Source: Planctopirus limnophila DSM 3776
GTDB taxonomy: Bacteria > Planctomycetota > Planctomycetia > Planctomycetales > Planctomycetaceae
Length of the DNA: 32,000 nucleotides
Direction of reading: 5' to 3'
NCBI RefSeq assembly: GCF_000092105.1
Contig: NC_014148.1
Span: forward strand, 840,001 to 872,000
Part shown: positions 8,734-15,741 of the stretch, in pieces
Layout: every line of letters starts with the position of its first letter
Position numbering within the stretch: position 1 is the stretch's first letter
Notes under the pieces: generated by a model
The model's database searches: none
Told to the model about the DNA's origin: nothing
Seen by the model: only the letters and a program-made list of their open reading frames with translations
Translations under genes and position numbers: made by a program

Positions 8734-10788
8734 ATGTATCAGAAATTTTCATGGACTTTGGCGGTTTCGCTATCGCTGGCATCGCTCTCGCCCGTCTGGG
8801 CGATTGGTGGTCGAGGTGGCGGTGGCGGTGGCAATCGGCCAAATATCTCGCGACCTTCTGGCGGTGGTGGGGGGGGAGCAGCAGCAGCCCGGCCATCCAT
8901 GCCCTCCAGACCTGCTGCACCGACGGCGAGGCCCAGTGCGCCAGCGGCCCGGCCCAGTGCACCAGCAGCGAGGCCTAACCTGCCGACCGCCAGACCGAAT
9001 ACGCCAGCGGCCCGTCCATCACTTCCGGCCAATCGGCCGAATTCGTTGCCATCGGGTGGGATCTCCAGACCTTCAGGAAACAATCGCCCCACGTTACCGA
9101 CAACAAGGCCGACAGCGCCGACATTGCCCACGACGAGGCCTGGGGCAGGTGGTGGTGCAGCCCAGACACGCCCGACGCTGCCTCAAACCCGACCATCACT
9201 TCCGGAGAACCGTCCGGGCGTTGGGACCGGGATTGGCAATCGCCCCGAAGTTGGTGGCAACAGGCCTTCCATCAATCGCCCCGGGACATCAAATCCGGGA
9301 ACCACACTTCCCGGCGGCATTGGAAACATTGGTGGAAATCGTCCCGGAGTAACTCGTCCTTCACTGCCTGAAGGGGGGATCAATCGCCCCGGTACGACGC
9401 GACCTGATATCACCAGACCTGAGATCACTCGTCCTGGAACAGGGCGTCCGGAGATCTCTCGCCCAGACATTTCTCGCCCAGACATTTCTCGACCGGGCAT
9501 TTCTCGTCCAGAGATTGGGGGCGGGGCAGGCCGTCCGGGTGTGGGTGGGGTCACACGCCCGACGCCGGGGGATCTGGGTGATTTTCTGGGCATGCAACGG
9601 CCTATCCGACCAACGGAACCTCCCGTACGCCCATTACCAGATCGACCCGGGATTGGAGATCGGCCAGGTATTGGAGATCGACCCGGTATTGGAGATCGAC
9701 CCGGTATTGGAGATCGGCCAGGTATTGGAGATCGACCCGGTATTGGCGATCGCCCTGGTATTGGAGATCGCCCTGGGATTGGAGATCGGCCCGGTATTGG
9801 AGATCGCCCAGGTATTGGAGATCGCCCCGGGATTGGAGAGCGACCCGGGATTGGAAACGGTCAACGGCCAGACTGGAGTCGACCTGAAGACAGGCCACGT
9901 CCGGGACGTCCAGGTGATATTAACATCAACAACCGCCCGAGCTGGGTGAACATCAATAACAATCAGATCAATGTGATCAGAAACAACTGGGGGAATGCGA
10001 TCAGGCCCTTGCCAGGTCAGCCCGGCATGGGGAACTGGCTCAATGATCACCCTAACCGCCGAGATTATTGGAATAGTTGGGGCGGTAGTGTTCGTTCATC
10101 GTGGAGATACAACGGTTTTCACAGAAACTGGTATGGCCCCAACTGGTGGGTGAGTCATCCTCATGGCTGGGGTGGTTGGCATTTTCATCGCTGGAGTGTC
10201 TGGCAAAGCCCGAGTTTCTGGTGGCGAGTGCCTGTCTGGACGACCTTTGCCACATGGTTCACCTGGAGGCAGCCTCCTCCCGCCGTCGTGTGGTCACAGC
10301 CAGTCTTCTTTGATTATGGGACGGGTGGAAATGTGGTGATCAACTCGGATTCCGTGTTGATCAATGGTCAGGTGGTGGCGACACCGGCTGAGTTTGCAGA
10401 AAGTGCTGCAGTTCTGGCGACAGTCCCGGCACCGGCCAATGACGAAGAGGCGGCAGCGATGGAATGGATGCCACTGGGGACATTTGCCATTTCGACAGAC
10501 CGCGATGACAAGAGCCCTTCACTCAGTATTCAACTGGCTGTGACACGCACGGGGATCATCGGTGGAACGCTCTTTAACGCAGAGACCGATGAAGCAACAT
10601 CTGTGCAGGGTCAGGTTGATTCTGAGACGCAAAGAGTGGCCTTCCGCATTGGCACCACGGATGATCTGGTGATCGAAACCGGACTTTACAACCTCACTCA
10701 GAATGAAGTCCCCGTGTTGGCTCATTTTGGAGTTGAGACGACCGAAAACTGGCTCATGATTCGGCTCGATCCACCAGAAGATGAGTAA
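8734..10788 (+). CDS. Secreted RP-repeat / Trp-rich protein with a C-terminal globular domain (function unknown)
   Basis: ATG 8734 is preceded by GGGAG and gives the signal peptide MYQKFSWTLAVSLSLASLSPVWA. About 420 residues are built from short units anchored on Arg-Pro (about 55 RP dipeptides by hand count). A Trp-rich block follows (19 W in about 115 aa), then a non-repetitive domain of about 165 aa (..EWMPLGTFAIS..QLAVTRTGIIGGTLFN..QRVAFRIG..ETGLYNLTQ..). Only synonymous differences separate the repeat copies, which supports real coding. Confidence 0.8.
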   Translation: MYQKFSWTLAVSLSLASLSPVWAIGGRGGGGGGNRPNISRPSGGGGGGAAAARPSMPSRPAAPTARPSAPAARPSAPAARPNLPTARPNTPAARPSLPANRPNSLPSGGISRPSGNNRPTLPTTRPTAPTLPTTRPGAGGGAAQTRPTLPQTRPSLPENRPGVGTGIGNRPEVGGNRPSINRPGTSNPGTTLPGGIGNIGGNRPGVTRPSLPEGGINRPGTTRPDITRPEITRPGTGRPEISRPDISRPDISRPGISRPEIGGGAGRPGVGGVTRPTPGDLGDFLGMQRPIRPTEPPVRPLPDRPGIGDRPGIGDRPGIGDRPGIGDRPGIGDRPGIGDRPGIGDRPGIGDRPGIGDRPGIGDRPGIGERPGIGNGQRPDWSRPEDRPRPGRPGDININNRPSWVNINNNQINVIRNNWGNAIRPLPGQPGMGNWLNDHPNRRDYWNSWGGSVRSSWRYNGFHRNWYGPNWWVSHPHGWGGWHFHRWSVWQSPSFWWRVPVWTTFATWFTWRQPPPAVVWSQPVFFDYGTGGNVVINSDSVLINGQVVATPAEFAESAAVLATVPAPANDEEAAAMEWMPLGTFAISTDRDDKSPSLSIQLAVTRTGIIGGTLFNAETDEATSVQGQVDSETQRVAFRIGTTDDLVIETGLYNLTQNEVPVLAHFGVETTENWLMIRLDPPEDE
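8926..9030 (+). repeat. In-frame heptapeptide repeat array (ARPSAPA-like, 5 units)
   Basis: ARPSAPA ARPSAPA ARPNLPT ARPNTPA ARPSLPA read from the translation. The array decays into looser xRPxxLPx units on both sides. Confidence 0.8.
9397..9516 (+). repeat. In-frame pentapeptide repeat array (x-R-P-x-I/T, 8 units of 15 bp)
   Basis: TRPDI TRPEI TRPGT GRPEI SRPDI SRPDI SRPGI SRPEI. The coordinates were checked against the reading frame. Confidence 0.85.
9640..9855 (+). repeat. In-frame hexapeptide repeat array: 11 x DRPGIG + 1 x ERPGIG (12 units of 18 bp)
   Basis: Units were read one by one. Codons vary only at synonymous third positions (Arg cga/cgg/cgc, Pro ccc/cca/cct, Gly ggt/ggg, gga/ggc). 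The single amino-acid change is D to E in the last unit. Confidence 0.95.
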
Positions 10789-10827
10789 TCGCTGGTGGTC
10801 GCGTGAGAATCGTAAACTTCACTCAGC

Positions 10828-12747
10828 TCAAGGGTTGGTGGTAGCGTGCTGGAGCTTCTGGAGAACTTCGCGACTCTCAGGCTTGTCTTTGAGAAGTGAG
10901 TTCAAAATGTCGATCGCCTCCTCGCGCCGGTCGGTGGCGAGGAGGATATCGGCGAGAAGCTCGCGGGTGGCGAAGTTCGGGCCGGGAATTGTTAATCCTT
11001 CCCTCAAGGCTGCCTCCGCCTTGGGGAGATCATTCAAACGGACATACGCTCTTCCGAGGTTGTACCAAGTATCGACATGATCTCGCTTGAGAGCTGCCGA
11101 TTTCTGGAGAGCGACCACAGCCTCCTGAGGATTGACTTCGACGAGTGCATCGCCCAGATTCAGCAGATGCAGGCTGTTTTTGGGATCAAGTTCGTGGGCT
11201 TTGCGAAACATTACAGCCGCATCTTCGGGGATTTTCATTGCGAGAAGCACGAGTCCGAAGTCGGCATAAGATTCGGCACTCCGTGAATAGTTTCTGACGA
11301 GATAAGCCGCATGCGTAGCCGCTTTTTCGAGACGGTTGTCTGCCAGATAATTGCGAACGAGTGAAGATCGCGGCCTGGCAGCATCGGGATACTTTTGAAT
11401 CGTATCCATAAAGGCGGCCTCTTCCGACGTGTAGACCGCGTTCCGTGAATAGGTCACACAGCCCAGGGCCACAGCAATCGGCAGGCAGACAAGTAAGCTG
11501 ATCCCTGCTGGTGACTGTTGAGGCAGCTTCAGTTTGTCTGTGGCCAGTCGAGCGAGCTGATAGATCGCCAGGACAAACCCTGCGGCCAGGAAGGCGATTG
11601 GCAAATACATGCGATGCTCGAAATAGGCATCAGCAATCGGCACAATGCTGGATGTAGGAGCCAGCACGAGGAGCCATCCCCCGGCAAGAAAGCCAGTTCT
11701 GGGGAATCGAACCATTAAGAAAACAATCAGGCAGAGTCCGAGTGCAAATGGTAAAACTTCCGGCCAGGCTTCGGAAAGTGACATTCGCCAGGGCCAGCAG
11801 GGGTCTAACGCCTGACCATCGGGCCAAAACAGAAGTTTGAGGTATTGGAATATCACGCTGGGTTGAGTAATCAGATATTGCCAGGGGGTTCCCTTCTGGA
11901 TGACTCCAATTCCGCCATCATCGTAGTTTTCGCGATGAGCCCACATGATTCCGAAGAGGAAAATCAGTGTGGACCAGATGCAGAGATGAAGTTTCCAGCG
12001 AGTTATTACGAGTTCGCGAACCGACTTTGAAAAGAAGACGCGGTCGAGCCAGAGAATCAGCAGAGGTGCTGTCGCCATCAGTTCCTTCGAGGCCATCCCC
12101 AGCAGCAGGCAGAGAATTGTTCCCAGAATCAAGATTTTCTTCCGGGAAGTGACGGCCAATACAAACCCCACCAGCGATGCCAGGTACCATAAAGAGGTGA
12201 GTGATTCGAGCCTCTGGTAGGTGTAGGTGACGCCTTGTGTCTGCAAGGGATGAAGAGCCCAGAGAGCGGCCGTGCAAAGAGCAATGCACCAGCTATCCGA
12301 AATCATGCGCGGATCGGAATGAGGACTTCGTTCAATCACGAGTCGAGTGAGAACATAGACGAGGAGCGTATTGATAAGATGAATGCACAGGTTGACGGCC
12401 TGATAGCTCCAGATCTGTTCTCCACTGAGTGCATAATTGAGGGCAAAGGTGAAAAAGACAACGGGGCGCGTTGACGACCAGAGGTATTCTGGAGGCCAGA
12501 GAGCGCGAACGGGCTTGTAGGAGAGAATAAAAAGCCGGCCATCAAAGACGAAATCTGCGGAGCCAATGTTGGCATAGGCCACTGCCACGGCTGTCAGAAG
12601 AAGGAAAACTGCCAGCCACCAAGAGTTGCAGAAACTCAATAGAGCGGGCTCAAGCGGTGCTTGATGAATGGGCTTTTGACTTCCAATCGCCAGTTCCTCG
12701 GCCGGTAGAACGGATGATCGGCTAGATGCTGATGGTCGCTGGGGCAT
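10828..12747 (-). CDS. TMTC-like GT-C-fold membrane glycosyltransferase with C-terminal TPR domain (PMT_2/DUF1736-like)
   Basis: About 11 hydrophobic helices are followed by about 190 aa of TPR repeats (..WYNLGRAYVRLNDLPKAEAAL..). The first extracytoplasmic loop carries ADFVFDG (compare the FVFDD acidic motif of TMTCs). It is followed by RPVVFFTFALNYALSG..YQAVNLCIHL and HPLQTQGVTYTYQRLESL, which match family blocks I recall from TMTC/bacterial homologues. Confidence 0.7.
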   Translation of the reverse strand: MPQRPSASSRSSVLPAEELAIGSQKPIHQAPLEPALLSFCNSWWLAVFLLLTAVAVAYANIGSADFVFDGRLFILSYKPVRALWPPEYLWSSTRPVVFFTFALNYALSGEQIWSYQAVNLCIHLINTLLVYVLTRLVIERSPHSDPRMISDSWCIALCTAALWALHPLQTQGVTYTYQRLESLTSLWYLASLVGFVLAVTSRKKILILGTILCLLLGMASKELMATAPLLILWLDRVFFSKSVRELVITRWKLHLCIWSTLIFLFGIMWAHRENYDDGGIGVIQKGTPWQYLITQPSVIFQYLKLLFWPDGQALDPCWPWRMSLSEAWPEVLPFALGLCLIVFLMVRFPRTGFLAGGWLLVLAPTSSIVPIADAYFEHRMYLPIAFLAAGFVLAIYQLARLATDKLKLPQQSPAGISLLVCLPIAVALGCVTYSRNAVYTSEEAAFMDTIQKYPDAARPRSSLVRNYLADNRLEKAATHAAYLVRNYSRSAESYADFGLVLLAMKIPEDAAVMFRKAHELDPKNSLHLLNLGDALVEVNPQEAVVALQKSAALKRDHVDTWYNLGRAYVRLNDLPKAEAALREGLTIPGPNFATRELLADILLATDRREEAIDILNSLLKDKPESREVLQKLQHATTNP

Positions 12748-12998
12748 CTCGGAAGATCTTTAGTGTGTCAGGAGGAAAAGCTCATGTGTTCTAACCTGTC
12801 GAGAGTCGGCCTGCACGGTTGGCCGATGTGACTCATGAGCGAATTGTTCAAAGTTTCATGTTTTATTCACACTGGTTTCGACGTTTGATTGAGACTGATC
12901 TGACCGAACAACGAGAGGATTTCTAATGAAGAACTCTGGTGGTGATGCGGGTCTCAGTGGATATGGCCTATGGTTGTGAAGCAATATGCTGAACTTCC

Positions 12999-13706
12999 GT
13001 GACGAATGACAAACCATCCCTGGTAAAGCCTGAAATGACTGACAGCCTCAAACAAATCGCTTCGCAAGATGTTGCAACTCAGGGGGTTCTGCCCGATGTG
13101 GAAGCACCGCCGGTAGTTGACCATCGACCGACGAACTACCGCGAACGGGTATTTTCGTTGTTTGAGGAATGCTGGCCCGTCCGCCAGGTTAAAGCCCTGG
13201 ACTTTGGTGCCGGGGATGGATGGTTCGCCAGTCATCTGCTGCAAAGAGGGTTGTGTGCACAGGTGACGGCGATTGATGTGCAGATTCAGCCACAGCTTTT
13301 GCATCCTGTTACCGCCTATGATGGAGTGCGGATTCCTGCTGATGATCGTCAATTTGATCTCAGTTATGCCGTCGATGTGCTTCATCATTGTCCTGATCCG
13401 ATGAAGTCATTAGAGGAACTGTCGCGGGTAACGCGAGAGTGGTTGGTTATCAAGGATCACACTTACACCACCAGTGCCGGTTACTGGACTCTCTGCCTGC
13501 TCGATGAGTTGGGTAACCGGCGTTTTGGCATTCCTTCCCGATATCGCTACATGAAGGGCTGGGAATGGTGGAGTCTCCTGGAAAGAGCAGGCTTTCAGGA
13601 AGAGCGCCGGATCTGGCCGGCACCTGTCCATGAAGGTTGGCTGGGAAGTTGTACGAATCATCTGCAGTTTGTCAGTGTCTGGAGAAGGAGCGACTGTGGA
13701 TCCTGA
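12999..13706 (+). CDS. Class I SAM-dependent methyltransferase
   Basis: Motif I VKALDFGAGDGWFASHL, an acidic post-I residue (AIDV) and FDLSYAVDVLHHCPDP..L.E..RV. The start is uncertain: GTG 12999 or ATG 13035. Confidence 0.7.
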   Translation: MTNDKPSLVKPEMTDSLKQIASQDVATQGVLPDVEAPPVVDHRPTNYRERVFSLFEECWPVRQVKALDFGAGDGWFASHLLQRGLCAQVTAIDVQIQPQLLHPVTAYDGVRIPADDRQFDLSYAVDVLHHCPDPMKSLEELSRVTREWLVIKDHTYTTSAGYWTLCLLDELGNRRFGIPSRYRYMKGWEWWSLLERAGFQEERRIWPAPVHEGWLGSCTNHLQFVSVWRRSDCGS

Positions 13707-14397
13707 TCAAAGTGGTCGTCTCCATCCCTCGTGGTTCAATCATCAGCGGCATGTGCTCAAGGCACTCGCGCAGGCAGTGGTGAAAATTGTTGAGGAACAT
13801 CACCAGCCATTGAAAAACGCCACAGTCCTCGACTTTGGTTGTGGTGATGCCCCTTATCGGACTTTGTTTCAAGCGAGTGGCATCGCGAAGTACCTGGCTG
13901 CGGATCTGGGTGATGGGGCCGAGATTCCGATTGAGTCTGGCAAACCATTGCCGATCGCAGATCAGTCGATCGATTTTGTCGTATCCTTTCAGGTCCTGGA
14001 GCACGTCTGGGATCTGGACTGGTATTTGAGTGAGGTCAGGCGAGTCCTTAAGCCTGATGGCAAGCTGATTTTATCGACGCATGGCACCTGGCTGTATCAT
14101 CCACATCCGACAGACTTCCGGCGATGGACAGTCGATGGATTGCCGGAAGAACTTAGTACCCGGGGCCTGGTTGTGGACAAGATTGAAGGGCTGGTAGGCC
14201 CTTTAGCATGGACCACACAAGTGCGGTTACTGGGCTACCGGATGGTTTGTCAGAAAATTCCGCTGGTGGGAAATCTGCTGGCTTCTTTGATGGCTTTGTT
14301 GATGAATGTGCGCATGTGCCTGGAAGATGGGATCACTCCGCCGGCGCTGATCCAGAACCATGCCTGCGTCTATATCACCGTGAGTCATCCCCGTTGA
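13696..14397 (+). CDS. Class I SAM-dependent methyltransferase (Methyltransf_11-like)
   Basis: VLDFGCGDAPY (motif I), AADL, IDFVVSFQVLEHVWD and VLKPDGKLILSTHG. GTG 13696 is preferred because GGAGAAGGAG lies 5 nt upstream and it overlaps the upstream stop by only 11 nt. The track start, ATG 13630, would overlap by 77 nt. Confidence 0.75.
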   Translation: MDPDQSGRLHPSWFNHQRHVLKALAQAVVKIVEEHHQPLKNATVLDFGCGDAPYRTLFQASGIAKYLAADLGDGAEIPIESGKPLPIADQSIDFVVSFQVLEHVWDLDWYLSEVRRVLKPDGKLILSTHGTWLYHPHPTDFRRWTVDGLPEELSTRGLVVDKIEGLVGPLAWTTQVRLLGYRMVCQKIPLVGNLLASLMALLMNVRMCLEDGITPPALIQNHACVYITVSHPR

Positions 14398-14468
14398 GTG
14401 CCATTGTCTGTCGGAATTGGCGATCGATGGATCTTGCCTGGCTGCCAACATCTGTTTGAGGTTTCATT

Positions 14469-15608
14469 TTGAAGATTCTCACGGTCACTCATTACTTTGC
14501 TGAACATGGCGGAGGCATTGAGTCGGTGGCGAAGCAGATCACCGAGCGGTTAGCCTCACGGGGGCATGCATGTGTGTGGGCAGCGACAGCACCTTCCCGT
14601 ACTCAGTCGAAACCTGCCGGGGCTGTGACATCTCTCGAAATGAGTGGCAGCAATCATCTTGAAGAATGGACTGGCGCACCTTTTCCTATCTGGGATTCCA
14701 GGAGCCTGCAAAAGTTAAGGCAAGGAGTGATCGATGTGGATCTGGTTCACATCCATGACTTCTGGTACTCGGGCAATCGAAAAGCCTTCTCGATGGCCAT
14801 TCAACTAGGCCGTCCGGTTGTGATCACACAACATGTGGGGACCGTCCCTTATCGTAATCCATTGTTGAGATGGGCCATGGCCATGGCTGACCGCCGGCTG
14901 GCTCCATCCACCCTGGGTTTGTGTGATCAGACCGTGTTCATTTCCGAACGAACAAGACGACATTTTGACGGGCGATTCCCTTATTCTCGCGAACCGGTGT
15001 TAATCCCCAATGGCGTAGATCTGACGATCTTTACTCCGGCAGAGCAGATCCGTCGTGAGGAACTGCGAAAAAAATGGGGATTCTCGACAGACGCCCCCGT
15101 CTGGCTGTTTGTCGGCAGGTTTGTCGAGAAGAAGGGGCTCAGACTTTTACAGAGAGTCTGCCAGCACTTTGCCAACATCCAGTGGTGTTTTGTGGGTCAG
15201 GGGCCGCTCAGCCCGGAGAAATGGCATGAATCTGAGAAGCCGCCACGATTAAAGGTGCTGCCCTGGCAAAAGCCTGACGCACTGGTCGAGCTTTATCAAT
15301 TGGCAGATCAGCTAGTCTTGCCTTCGATTGGTGAGGGCTTCCCGCTGGTTGTGCAGGAGGCGATGGCGAGTGGTACGCCTTGTTTGATCACACATGAAAC
15401 GGCATCGGGTGTGAGTGGTGATCTTCCCGAACTCAGTACCTGTGATCCTCGAGCCGAATCCTTAAAAGCAGTTCTTCAGCGACTGGAAGCGCAGTCACCT
15501 CTGGATGATTCTCGGAGGCGGCAGATTGCCAATTATGCTCGCGGCCTATGGGATTGGAACGAGACAGTTTCAAAATACGAACAACTTTTCGAGTCGCTTT
15601 GCCGTTGA
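14469..15608 (+). CDS. GT-B fold glycosyltransferase, family 1/4-like
   Basis: MKILTVTHYFAEHGGGIE N-terminus, FVGRFVEKKG, and the E-x7-E region PSIGEGFPLVVQEAMASGTPCL. The TTG start at 14469 has GAGG 7 nt upstream. Confidence 0.8.
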   Translation: MKILTVTHYFAEHGGGIESVAKQITERLASRGHACVWAATAPSRTQSKPAGAVTSLEMSGSNHLEEWTGAPFPIWDSRSLQKLRQGVIDVDLVHIHDFWYSGNRKAFSMAIQLGRPVVITQHVGTVPYRNPLLRWAMAMADRRLAPSTLGLCDQTVFISERTRRHFDGRFPYSREPVLIPNGVDLTIFTPAEQIRREELRKKWGFSTDAPVWLFVGRFVEKKGLRLLQRVCQHFANIQWCFVGQGPLSPEKWHESEKPPRLKVLPWQKPDALVELYQLADQLVLPSIGEGFPLVVQEAMASGTPCLITHETASGVSGDLPELSTCDPRAESLKAVLQRLEAQSPLDDSRRRQIANYARGLWDWNETVSKYEQLFESLCR

Positions 15609-15741
15609 AGAATTTTCAAAGAGTAGCCCATTCGCTGAGAAGCTGTTGACTGTGAGTCCTGTGATTAGCACCCGCAGTCTATCCGTCAGAAGAATTGGCT
15701 GCTAACTGGCAAAAGTCGTCCTTTGTGAACCGAAATTCACA

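Noticed and set aside
9640-9855. The 18-bp tandem repeats considered as a CRISPR-like or non-coding satellite array
   Set aside because: There are no spacers. The units are contiguous, in frame and inside a long ORF, and there are no cas genes in the window.
8642-10050. Alternative-frame and antisense ORFs across the repeat protein (8642-9352, 8739-9131, 9183-9593, 9515-9949, 9634-10050)
   Set aside because: They stay open only because the underlying DNA is periodic and stop-poor. Only the 8734-10788 frame has a signal peptide, an SD and synonymous-only repeat variation.
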